Positions 1 to 8,340 of a stretch of 64,000 bases of DNA are shown piece after piece. The DNA lies in NCBI GenBank assembly GCA_963741955.1, contig CAVUKB010000004.1:544001-608000 (forward strand), read 5' to 3'. The notes beneath the pieces were generated by a model, which was not told where the DNA came from, made no database searches, and was given only the letters and a program-made list of their open reading frames with translations. Made by a program: the position numbers and the translations under genes. This DNA is from an uncultured Acidobacteriota bacterium. Its GTDB lineage: Bacteria > Acidobacteriota > Thermoanaerobaculia > Gp7-AA8. Within the stretch, counting starts at the first letter, position 1. Each line of letters begins with the position of its first letter.

Positions 1-316
1 GTTCGGGCGCCATTGACCTGGCCCATTCCGCCGGCTCCTTCCCGGGTGCTCCGTGACACTCGGCGCAGGTTTCGTGGTATTCGCCCGCTCCTTCCCGAGC
101 GAGCTTCGGATCGTTCAGCGGCGGGACCTGGATCCCTTTGGCGTGGTAGGCGATCGAATGGCTGGCGGTCCGATCCGCGCTCCATTCGATGGGCCCACCG
201 GTGTCGCCGTGCGCAGCGATACTGTACCAGCCGGAAAAGACGATAACCGCCCAGAAGATCCCGGCCAGGACGACTCCCACAAGAATGGTGATCACGACGG
301 CAGTTGAAGCTTTCAT
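1..316 (-). CDS. Membrane-anchored c-type cytochrome (runs off the left edge of the window)
   Basis: Manual minus-strand translation from ATG 316 (AGGAG RBS upstream) gives MKASTAVVITILVGVVLAGIFWAVIVFSGWYSIAAH...GEYHETCAECHGAPG. This has an N-terminal TM helix and a CxxCH heme-binding motif. Not in the ORF track. Confidence 0.88.
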   Translation of the reverse strand, partial: MKASTAVVITILVGVVLAGIFWAVIVFSGWYSIAAHGDTGGPIEWSADRTASHSIAYHAKGIQVPPLNDPKLAREGAGEYHETCAECHGAPGKEPAEWARSMAPE

Positions 317-449
317 TCGCTCTCCTCGCCGGATGTCCGCCTGCCAGTCCAATGCCATGAGGGATGAAACGGCGATGGCATTGCGAGGTTGTAAGAATGG
401 GGATCATCGGGAATCGGGCTACAGAAACCGGCAGATCAGACGTGCGATC

Positions 450-483
450 GTCCGACGGGTCCGACACGTCCGACAGGTCCGAC
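450..483. repeat. Short tandem repeat, 4 x GTCCGAC at 9-bp period
   Basis: gtccgacgg gtccgacac gtccgacag gtccgac, in the intergenic gap between mgtE and the cytochrome c gene. Confidence 0.7.
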
Positions 484-555
484 TGAACATCCTTCTCGAA
501 AGAACTTTCTCTTCGCCGTCCATCTCGCTCAGAAGCCTCGGCTCTCGCCTCTAAC

Positions 556-1965
556 CTACAGCAGGATGCCGCGAAGGATCGTGGCCGCGACGGTGAAGTA
601 GATCACGATGCCGGTAACGTCCACGAGCGTCGCGACGAATGGCGCCGACGACGCCGCGGGATCGGCGCCGAGGGATTTGAGAACGATCGGAAGCATTGAC
701 CCGGCGATCGAGCCCCACAGGACCACTCCGACGAGTGCGCATCCTATGGTGGCCGCGACGGGAAGCCAGTGTGGACCGTAGAGGTTGAACGCGACGGCCC
801 AGACGGTGACGCGCGCGAATCCGACGATGCCGAGGATCAAACCCAGTCCGAGCCCGGAGATACACTCGCGACCGAGGACGTACCACCAGTCGCGGATGCG
901 AAGCTCGCCGAGTGCGAGTGCGCGGGTGACCAGAGTGGCGGCCTGCGATCCGGTGTTGCCGCCGGCGGAGATGATCATCGGGATGAAGAGGGCGAGCACC
1001 ACGGCGCGCGCGATCTCCTTTTCGAAGTATCCCATCGCGGTCGCGGTGAGCATCTCGCCGACCAGGAGGAAGACCAGCCAGGTCGCGCGCTTCTTGATCA
1101 TGCGGGGGAGTGCGATGGTGAGATACGGCTCATCGAGGGCTTCCGATCCACCGAGTTTCTGGATGTCTTCGGTCGCCTCTTCTTCCACCACGTCGAGGAC
1201 GTCGTCGACGGTGACGATCCCGACCAGAGCTCCTCCGGTATCGGTGACCGGGAGGGCAGTGCGGTCGTGTTTCCGGAAGAGCGCGATCGCAGTCTCCTGG
1301 TCGTCGGTGGCCTGCAGGGCCACGAACTGGTGGTCCATCAGATCATCCACGTGACTGTCGGGAGGAACGAGCAGAAACTCGCGCATCCGGATGTCGTCGA
1401 TCAATGTCCCGTCGTCGTCGACCACGTAGATGACGTTGAGCGTCTCGCTGTCGCGTCCGAAGACGCGCACGTGCGCGAGGACTTCTTCCACCTTCCACTC
1501 TTCACGGACCGCGACGTAGTCCGGCGTCATCAGACGGCCGATACTGTCCTCCGGATACCCGAGCAGACGGCTGGCGACGGTTCGCTCGTCGGGCGAGAGG
1601 AGGTTGAGGAGGCGCTTGGTGACCTTCGCCGGCAACTCCTCGAGGAGCGCGGTACGGTCGTCAGGCGACATGTCGTTGAGGATCGAGGTGATGTCCTTGT
1701 CGCCGAGTCCTTTCAGGAGCTCTTCCTGCGCATCGAACGAGAGGTACTCGAACGTCCTCGCGGCGACTTCCCGCGAGAGGAGGCGGAAGACGATCACCTC
1801 GTCCTCCAGCTCGAGCGCCTGGACCACGTCCGCGATGTTCGGGGGATCCATCCGGAGGAGCTCCTGGCGCAGCTGGACGAAATGACGCTCGTGCACCATT
1901 CCGGAGAGGCGGGCGATCCGCTCTTCCCGCTCCGCTTCCCGCTCTTCGATCTCTTCTTCCGCCAT
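556..1965 (-). CDS. mgtE: Magnesium transporter MgtE
   Basis: MgtE N-domain, tandem CBS domains (YPEDSIGRLMTP; GIVTVDDVLDV) and 5-TM domain with GGNTGSQ and DPAASSAPFVATLVDVTG motifs. Confidence 0.97.
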   Translation of the reverse strand: MAEEEIEEREAEREERIARLSGMVHERHFVQLRQELLRMDPPNIADVVQALELEDEVIVFRLLSREVAARTFEYLSFDAQEELLKGLGDKDITSILNDMSPDDRTALLEELPAKVTKRLLNLLSPDERTVASRLLGYPEDSIGRLMTPDYVAVREEWKVEEVLAHVRVFGRDSETLNVIYVVDDDGTLIDDIRMREFLLVPPDSHVDDLMDHQFVALQATDDQETAIALFRKHDRTALPVTDTGGALVGIVTVDDVLDVVEEEATEDIQKLGGSEALDEPYLTIALPRMIKKRATWLVFLLVGEMLTATAMGYFEKEIARAVVLALFIPMIISAGGNTGSQAATLVTRALALGELRIRDWWYVLGRECISGLGLGLILGIVGFARVTVWAVAFNLYGPHWLPVAATIGCALVGVVLWGSIAGSMLPIVLKSLGADPAASSAPFVATLVDVTGIVIYFTVAATILRGILL

Positions 1966-2040
1966 TTTCCGGATCCGCTCCGTACCGTCCTTAAGCTAAC
2001 ACGAGAGGGGGCGGATCGGGAGGGGAGAAAGAGGCATCTA

Positions 2041-2449
2041 CGATCGAGGATCGAGGATCGAGGATCGAGGATCTGAGAGGATCGAGGATCGAGGATCGGG
2101 GATCGAGAATCGGGGATCGGGGATCGAGGATCGGGGATCGAGGATCGAGGATCGAGGATCTGAGAGGATCGAGGATCGAGAATCGAGGATCGAGGATCGA
2201 GGATCGAGGATCGAGGATCGAGGATCGAGGATCGGGGATCGAGGATCGAGGATCGAGGATCTGAGAGGATCGAGGATCGAGGATCGAGGATCGAGGATCG
2301 GGGATCGAGAATCGGGGATCGGGGATCGAGGATCGAGGATCGAGGATCGGGGATCGAGGATCGAGGATCGAGGATCTGAGAGGATCGAGGATCGAGGATC
2401 GAGGATCGGGGATCGAGAATCGGGGATCGAGGATCGAGGATCGAGGATC
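2041..2449. repeat. Heptamer tandem array (GAGGATC)n with GGGGATC/GAGAATC variants and periodic TGA insertions
   Basis: Directly visible ~410-bp array upstream of mgtE. The ILDPRSS ORFs are its translations. Confidence 0.97.
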
Positions 2450-2520
2450 TATCGTGAAGCGAAACAGGGGGAGCCCGCTGGCCGGCGAGCCGGGCGAGCT
2501 CCTCGTCATCGTGAACCAGG

Positions 2521-2877
2521 TCAGTACGTCCCGGTGGTTGATGTCCCGCTGGTCGACGTTCCAGTCGTCGATGTCCCGGTCGTGTCGGTTCCGGTCGGAT
2601 ACTCCGTTCCTGCAGTTCCTTCCGTCCCCGTGGTTCCCGCGGTGCCGTACGCCGTACCCGTGTTGCTGTAGGGCGTGACCGGAGCGGTTGCGGCGGTCGA
2701 GGTCTCGGTCGCAGCGCCTGGCGCAACGGCTCGCCTGGTGCCCCACCAGCTCCAACCCCAGATGATGAGAATGATGATGATGATGATAATGACGATCCAC
2801 CACCACGCGCACCCTGTTCCTGCGCCGGCTCGGCGGGGTGCTCCGGGTCCTGGGCTTCCAGATGGATTGACGGTCAT
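2521..2877 (-). CDS. Small single-pass membrane protein with poly-Ile TM helix and Thr/Gly-repeat tail
   Basis: ATG 2877 with strong AAGGAGG RBS. WWWIVIIIIIIILIIWGWSWW TM segment and C-terminal TTGTS-like repeats. Confidence 0.75.
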   Translation of the reverse strand: MTVNPSGSPGPGAPRRAGAGTGCAWWWIVIIIIIIILIIWGWSWWGTRRAVAPGAATETSTAATAPVTPYSNTGTAYGTAGTTGTEGTAGTEYPTGTDTTGTSTTGTSTSGTSTTGTY

Positions 2878-2961
2878 CGACTCCCTCCTTTCGTGCGGCA
2901 CTTCGGTACCGCGATTCTTCTACCGCGGCCGAGTGGCAACGGGTGCCAGCTGCTGTTCCGG

Positions 2962-2977
2962 AGCAAGTGCAGTGCCC
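2962..2977 (-). promoter_or_regulatory. Putative sigma54 -24/-12 promoter
   Basis: The minus strand reads GGGCAC-TGCAC-TTGCT (GG-N10-GC), ~85 bp upstream of the ATG at 2877. Confidence 0.45.
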
Positions 2978-3012
2978 GAAACACCGTGTCTCGCCGCGCC
3001 TGAGTTCGAAGC

Positions 3013-3307
3013 GTGGGGTGCGGATCCTCCGATCCGCCGCGAAGATCGTGTTGTACGCGATGAAGAGGGCGGCTGTGGGAGAACGCGGAGCGTCTGTGAT
3101 TCGTGCGAACAGCTTCGCTTCTGCCGCAGGGGTCGTCTCGATCGGTTCTGAACGGGAGTGTCGCGGCGGATCAGAGGATCCGCGCCCCTCGGCGCGAAGA
3201 TCGTGTTGTACGCGATGAAGAGGGCGGCCGTGGGAGAACGCGGAGCGCCTGTGATTCGTGCGAACAGCTTCGCTCCTGCCGCAGGGGTCGTCTCGATCGG
3301 TTCTGAA
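3013..3307. repeat. One full and one partial copy of a REPIN-like palindromic element related to the 23.2-24.9 kb array
   Basis: Inverted termini GTGGGGTGCGGATCCTCCGATCCGCCGCG ... CGCGGCGGATCAGAGGATCCGCGCCCC, and the shared core ATCGTGTTGTACGCGATGAAGAGGG. Confidence 0.9.
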
Positions 3308-3317
3308 GACGAGGGGG

Positions 3318-4535
3318 CTAAAGCTCCGCGGGGTCGTCGTTCAGCGGGAGCCGCCTTATCGAGATCGCGATCACGAACGCGACGAGAGCGATGCCGGACG
3401 CGACGAGGAACGCTCCTTTTGCTGCTGCGATCCCGTACATCGTTCCGCCGAGGATCGGTCCGAGAACGCGGGAAAGGGAGCTGACGGAGGAGGAGACGCC
3501 GAGGACGCTTCCGTGCTGGTTCGACGGAGAGCTCTTGGTCACCAGCGACATCAGCGAGGGATAACAGAGCCCCTGCCCGATGGCGACGAGGAGCGCGGCG
3601 GGGTAGAGGAGCGACGGACGCGGAACGAACGGCACCGCGGCGAATCCGATCATGAAAGAGAACGTCCCGATGGCGACTACCGTCCGTTCGCCGAGTGCGC
3701 GCGTGAGACGTCCGATTAAACCTCCCTGGATCATCGCCACGACGACGCCCATGAAGCCGAAGAAGTAACCGAGGTCCTTCGGCGTGAAGTCGAAGCGATC
3801 TTTCCCGAAGAGGGTGACCGTCGTCTCCATGCTGGAGAACGAGATCACGATCAGGAAGAGGGTCAGGAGAACTGCCGAGAGTACTCGACGGTCGAGGACC
3901 AGGCGCCACATTCTCCGGTCGAACTGCGGTGGAATCTTCGAACGGACGATTCGCGGCGCGGCGCCAGGCTTTCGGGATTCGCCGAGGACGAAGAGTGCGA
4001 CGGTCCATGCCGTTGCAGAAAGGGATGCTGCGGCGATTCCGGGAAGGGTGTTCCCGTGCATTCCGTGAGCGATTCCGACGTGCGAGAGGATCCCGCCGAG
4101 CGGTGGCCCGAGGATGAAACCGAGTCCGAAAGCCGCGCCGATCAGTCCCATGCCCTTGGCGCGATTCTCCCGGGTGGTCGTGTCGGCGATGTAAGCCTGT
4201 GCGGTGCCGATGTTCGCGGCCGCGATGCCGGCGACGATGCGCGAGACGAAGAGGATCGGGATCGAGCGTGCGATGGCGAAGATCGCGTATCCGGCGATAC
4301 TTCCGGTGAGACTGATCAGAAGCACCGGACGTCGTCCGACGCGATCCGAGAGCCGTCCCCAGACCGGCGAGAAGAAGAACTGCATCAGAGAGTAGACTGC
4401 AACGACGGCCCCGACGGTCGTCGCGGTCGCACCGTACTGATCGGCATAGTACGGCAGCAACGGAATGACCATTCCGAAGCCGAGCAGATCGATGAATACG
4501 ATAAGAAAGAGTACGAAAATCGACGTTCTGCGCAT
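3318..4535 (-). CDS. MFS transporter, TetA/DHA1 drug:H+ antiporter family
   Basis: From ATG 4535: MRRTSIFVLFLIVFIDLLGFGMVIPLLP. Contains motif A (GRLSDRVGRRP), GFILGPPLGG and ~12 TM segments. Confidence 0.93.
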   Translation of the reverse strand: MRRTSIFVLFLIVFIDLLGFGMVIPLLPYYADQYGATATTVGAVVAVYSLMQFFFSPVWGRLSDRVGRRPVLLISLTGSIAGYAIFAIARSIPILFVSRIVAGIAAANIGTAQAYIADTTTRENRAKGMGLIGAAFGLGFILGPPLGGILSHVGIAHGMHGNTLPGIAAASLSATAWTVALFVLGESRKPGAAPRIVRSKIPPQFDRRMWRLVLDRRVLSAVLLTLFLIVISFSSMETTVTLFGKDRFDFTPKDLGYFFGFMGVVVAMIQGGLIGRLTRALGERTVVAIGTFSFMIGFAAVPFVPRPSLLYPAALLVAIGQGLCYPSLMSLVTKSSPSNQHGSVLGVSSSVSSLSRVLGPILGGTMYGIAAAKGAFLVASGIALVAFVIAISIRRLPLNDDPAEL

Positions 4536-4649
4536 CGCCGGCGGGAGTTTACCACCTCGTGAAGGAGTTTGACCTCGACGTATGTCCGACGAAGCCATGA
4601 GTAGGACGGCTCCTACGCCGAACCCGGAATAGTCCGGGTTGAAAGTTAC

Positions 4650-5354
4650 GTGAAGGAACGACTGATTCTTTTCGACATCGACGGCACCCTCGTTCTCGAC
4701 GACGGCGCAGCGCGCGGAGCGTTCGCGTGGGCACTCCGGGAAGCGTATGGATTCGCTGAGCCGATCCGCGGTTACGACTTTTCGGGAAAGACCGATCCCG
4801 AGATCGCCACGACGATCCTCCGCGACCACGGGATGGGCGACGACGAGATCAACGGCGGACTCCGCCGTCTCTGGGACGCGTATCTCGAAAAGCTCGCCCT
4901 CTACGTCTGCCGGGAGCGGGTGCGCGTTCTCGACGGAGTGACGGAGCTTCTCTCCATTCTGGAACGCGAATCGGCGACCCTCGCGCTCCTCACCGGGAAC
5001 ATCGAGCCGGGCGCGAGGATCAAGCTCGGCTCGCACGGGTTGAACCGCTACTTCCCGTTCGGAGCGTTCGGCAGCGACTCGATGCACCGCCAGGAGCTTC
5101 CCCCCATCGCACTGCGGCGCGCGGCCGAGCATCACGGCCGCCCTTTCGCCATGGAGAATGTCGTGATCATCGGCGATTCGATTCACGACGTCCGCTGTGG
5201 TGTCCCTCACGGCGCGATCACCATTGCGGTGGCGAGCGGAAGGACGCCGGCCGAGACGCTCCAGGCGGAACGTCCGGACTTCCTGTTCCACTCGCTGGAG
5301 CCGACGGAAGAACTGCTCGACGCAGTGCTGCGCTGGCAGAGAGCGGTTGACTGA
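4650..5354 (+). CDS. HAD-superfamily hydrolase (phosphoglycolate phosphatase-like)
   Basis: FDIDGTL motif I, LLTGN motif II, IIGDSIHD motif IV. Confidence 0.9.
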   Translation: MKERLILFDIDGTLVLDDGAARGAFAWALREAYGFAEPIRGYDFSGKTDPEIATTILRDHGMGDDEINGGLRRLWDAYLEKLALYVCRERVRVLDGVTELLSILERESATLALLTGNIEPGARIKLGSHGLNRYFPFGAFGSDSMHRQELPPIALRRAAEHHGRPFAMENVVIIGDSIHDVRCGVPHGAITIAVASGRTPAETLQAERPDFLFHSLEPTEELLDAVLRWQRAVD

Positions 5355-5409
5355 TCGCGCTCCTCGCATGCGCGTCTGAGCGCCGTATTCGGCCCGCGAG
5401 CGGTGGGAT

Positions 5410-5919
5410 TCAGAGGACGATCGTGTAGGCGAGAGTGGAGAGATCGGGCATCCGGTCGAGGTAGACCTGACCCCTGGTGTGGTCGATCTCGTGCTGGAAG
5501 ATCCGCGCCAGATAGTCTTCGATCACCATCTCCGCTTCGTTTCCTTCCGGGTCGATGCCGTGCACGCGAATCTTCCGGTAACGGGGAACCTCGCCGCCGA
5601 GGAACGGGACGCTGAGACAGCCTTCCCAGTCCAGAACCTTTTCGTCTCCCTCTGGTTCGTACGTCGCGTTGAAGAATGCGCCGCGAACGGACTGCATGCT
5701 CTTGCGCCGGGCGGTCTCCTTTTCCAGTTCGAAGACGAAGACCCGCAGCGGGAGGTGCACCTGGGGCCCCGCGAGGCCGACTCCCTGATAGGCGTGCATC
5801 GTCTCCATCATGTCTTCGATCAGCTGGTCGTACTTGCCGTTCCGGATGTCGTCGACCTCTGCATCCTGCGACTGCTGCCGCAGGACCGGATGTCCGAGCC
5901 GTGAGACTTTGAGAATCAT
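5410..5919 (-). CDS. def: Peptide deformylase
   Basis: GVGLAGPQ, EGCLSVP and QHEIDH motifs. ATG 5919 has a GGAGG RBS. Confidence 0.96.
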   Translation of the reverse strand: MILKVSRLGHPVLRQQSQDAEVDDIRNGKYDQLIEDMMETMHAYQGVGLAGPQVHLPLRVFVFELEKETARRKSMQSVRGAFFNATYEPEGDEKVLDWEGCLSVPFLGGEVPRYRKIRVHGIDPEGNEAEMVIEDYLARIFQHEIDHTRGQVYLDRMPDLSTLAYTIVL

Positions 5920-5950
5920 GCGTTCCTCCGTTTCGGATCTCGTTTCGCGG

Positions 5951-7090
5951 TCACGCACCTGCAGCAGCGTGCAGCTTCGAGAGCGTGCCGATGATCCGCC
6001 CGGCTGCCTGGTGGATCTCTTCTCCGGTGGTATAGCGTGACAGCGAGAAGCGGACCGTGCCGACCGCGTAATCTCGAGGGGTTCCCATCGCGAGCATCAC
6101 CCCGCTCGGTTCGGCTCTTCCGGAATGACATGCCGCGCCAGCGGAACAGCAGATTCCCTCTGTGTCGAATGCGGCGACGAGGTGGTCCGCACGAAGGCCG
6201 CGGAACGACATGCTCGCCGTGTTCGGCAGGCGTGTCTGGGCGGCTCCGTTGACCCGCACGTCCCCGCCGGACGCGAGGACGCGCTCTTCGAGACGGTCAC
6301 GATGCCGCTGCACCTCCTTCTGGTGGGGCAGCAGCTCCAAAGCGAGCGAACAGGCACGCCCGAGTCCTGCGATCAGCGGGACCGGCTCGGTGCCTGATCG
6401 GAGGCCGTTCTCCTGGCCGCCGCCGCGCCAGATCGGCTCGAGAGCGATGCCGCGTCGAATGAAGAGAGCACCGATTCCCTTCGGCGCGTGGAACTTGTGT
6501 CCGGAGATGGAGAGGAGATCGGCGCCGAGCAGATCGACGTCGATCGCGACCTTTCCCGCGGCCTGTACGGCGTCGACGTGAACGAGAGCGCCGTGTTCGT
6601 GTGCGATCGCCGCAACCGCCGCCACGTCGTGAATCACTCCGGTCTCATTCTGGGCGAGCATGACCGAGACGAGCGCCGTTCCGTCGTCGACCGCGTCTCT
6701 CATCGCGTCGAGGTCGAGAGCGCCATCGGGAGTGACGGGAGTCACCTCCAGCTCGATCGAGCCGTCGCCGGCAAGCTCGTGCAGCATCGCGAGGACGGAC
6801 GGATGCTCCACCGCAGTGGTGACGATCTTCGGGCGATCCGCACGCGACGCGAACGAGCGGAGCACCAGAGCGTTCGATTCGGTCCCGCAACTGGTGAACG
6901 CGATCGACTCCGCTCGCGCGCCGAGGAGCCGCGCCACCTCGGATCGCGCATTCTCGACCAGATCGTGGGCCGCTCGGCCGAGTGCGTGCGGGGAATGCGG
7001 ATTCCCGTAGATCTCCCGATACGCGGGAGTCATCGCGTCGACCACTTCGTCTGCGACGCGGGTGGTGGCGTTGTTGTCGAGATAGATCAT
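5951..7090 (-). CDS. Cysteine desulfurase (IscS/NifS family)
   Basis: MIYLDNNATT start, GNPHS, SGHKFHAPKGIG PLP lysine motif and SAGAACHS catalytic Cys. Confidence 0.95.
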   Translation of the reverse strand: MIYLDNNATTRVADEVVDAMTPAYREIYGNPHSPHALGRAAHDLVENARSEVARLLGARAESIAFTSCGTESNALVLRSFASRADRPKIVTTAVEHPSVLAMLHELAGDGSIELEVTPVTPDGALDLDAMRDAVDDGTALVSVMLAQNETGVIHDVAAVAAIAHEHGALVHVDAVQAAGKVAIDVDLLGADLLSISGHKFHAPKGIGALFIRRGIALEPIWRGGGQENGLRSGTEPVPLIAGLGRACSLALELLPHQKEVQRHRDRLEERVLASGGDVRVNGAAQTRLPNTASMSFRGLRADHLVAAFDTEGICCSAGAACHSGRAEPSGVMLAMGTPRDYAVGTVRFSLSRYTTGEEIHQAAGRIIGTLSKLHAAAGA

Positions 7091-7137
7091 CGACGGCTCT
7101 CCTGACTCATGGCGATCGCCCGAACCGGGCGGCGGTG

Positions 7138-7599
7138 TCACATGTCGCGGAAGAAGGCGTCCGGGTCTTCGGCGAACGAGTCGTACTCGTTCTGGATCGC
7201 CACTTTGTGCTTCCACTCGAACTCGGCGAGCTCGAGGAAGAGAGACCGTAGCATGCCGGTCTGGGCGCGTTCGGCCATGAAGCGGAAATTGCTCTCCGCA
7301 TCGCGCTCTCTCTCGAGCACGATCTTCAGTGCCCGCCGCATGTCGAGGTCCCACAGGTCGACCGGAAGCTCCACCGTCGGCGCCATCACCTCGGGAGGCT
7401 GCTGGCCGACCGCTTCGCGGTAGCGCTTCTCGAGCTTCGCTCGATGAGAGATCTCCTCGTCCGCGAGTGCGAGGAGGCGCATTCGGACCTCTTCCGTTCC
7501 GGCGCGCTCTGCCAGCTTCGTGAGGAATTGGCGAGATTCGATCTCGGCAGCAATCGCGTCGTGAAGGACTTCTCTGACGGTCGTCTCGAGTGGCTTCAT
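7138..7599 (-). CDS. Ferritin-like/rubrerythrin family diiron protein
   Basis: AIAAEIES...LADEEISH and ERERDA...LAEFEWKH: paired E-x(n)-ExxH motifs. Confidence 0.85.
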   Translation of the reverse strand: MKPLETTVREVLHDAIAAEIESRQFLTKLAERAGTEEVRMRLLALADEEISHRAKLEKRYREAVGQQPPEVMAPTVELPVDLWDLDMRRALKIVLERERDAESNFRFMAERAQTGMLRSLFLELAEFEWKHKVAIQNEYDSFAEDPDAFFRDM

Positions 7600-7655
7600 C
7601 GGAGCCCGGACATCATACCTTCATCCGAACGGATTCGGCACCGGGAAGGACTTCG

Positions 7656-8288
7656 TCAGCTCTTCGACTCGCCCCGATAGAGATCCGGATTGGGAGGAGC
7701 GTCGTCGGCGAAAGGCGCTTTACGGATCGGCTGGCCGAGTCCGGTGCCTCCCGCGGTGCCGACCTTCTCGAGCTTTCCGTAGTACGGACGCCAACCCATC
7801 GGCGCAACGGGAAAGTTCGGAGGAACCACCAGGTCGCGAAGGCCGACCACCGAACGGGCGCGTGTGTCGATCGCCATCTCGTAATCGCGCGTCATGTAGA
7901 TCGCATCCTCGGGACAGGCATCGACGCAGTACCCGCAGAAGACGCAGCGGAGCAGGTCGATATCGTATCGGATCGGGAACTTTTCGCGCGTCCGCTCGTC
8001 TTCGCCGGCCTCGATGGTGATGCACTCGGCGGGGCAGGCGGTGGAGCACATGTAGCATGCGACACAGCGGGTGGTCCCATCTTCACGGGCGGTGAGAATG
8101 TGGCGTCCGCGGAACCTCTCCGAGTAGATGCGCTTGACCTCGGGATACGAGATGGTCGGCAGTCCCTTGAGATTGAACAGATTCTTCAGCAGGTGACCGA
8201 GGGTTACAAACATTCCTCCGATCACCTGAGGGAGGTACAGCCGCTCCCAGAAGCTCAACTTGCGTCTTTCGACTTTGATTACGCCCAT
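7656..8288 (-). CDS. nuoI: NADH-quinone oxidoreductase subunit I
   Basis: TISYPE and RFRGRH motifs, plus two CxxCxxCxxxCP 4Fe-4S motifs. Confidence 0.95.
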   Translation of the reverse strand: MGVIKVERRKLSFWERLYLPQVIGGMFVTLGHLLKNLFNLKGLPTISYPEVKRIYSERFRGRHILTAREDGTTRCVACYMCSTACPAECITIEAGEDERTREKFPIRYDIDLLRCVFCGYCVDACPEDAIYMTRDYEMAIDTRARSVVGLRDLVVPPNFPVAPMGWRPYYGKLEKVGTAGGTGLGQPIRKAPFADDAPPNPDLYRGESKS

Positions 8289-8340
8289 CGTTCACCAGTT
8301 CTCGTTTCGTTCAGGTTCTGCCGTGTGTGCGAGACGTCCA

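Noticed and set aside
1966-2520. M-box (ykoK) Mg2+ riboswitch upstream of mgtE
   Set aside because: No M-box consensus is recognisable, and the region is occupied by the heptamer array.
1794-2812. ILDPRSS-repeat proteins (310 aa and 273 aa)
   Set aside because: These are translations of the heptamer array. They overlap mgtE and the small membrane protein gene.
4621-4640. IS end sharing AATAGTCCGGG with position 54461
   Set aside because: An 11-mer match is expected by chance in 64 kb, and there is no transposase or target duplication.
3318-5369. 683-aa MFS ORF
   Set aside because: The N-terminal extension is antisense to the HAD hydrolase gene. The true start is ATG 4535.
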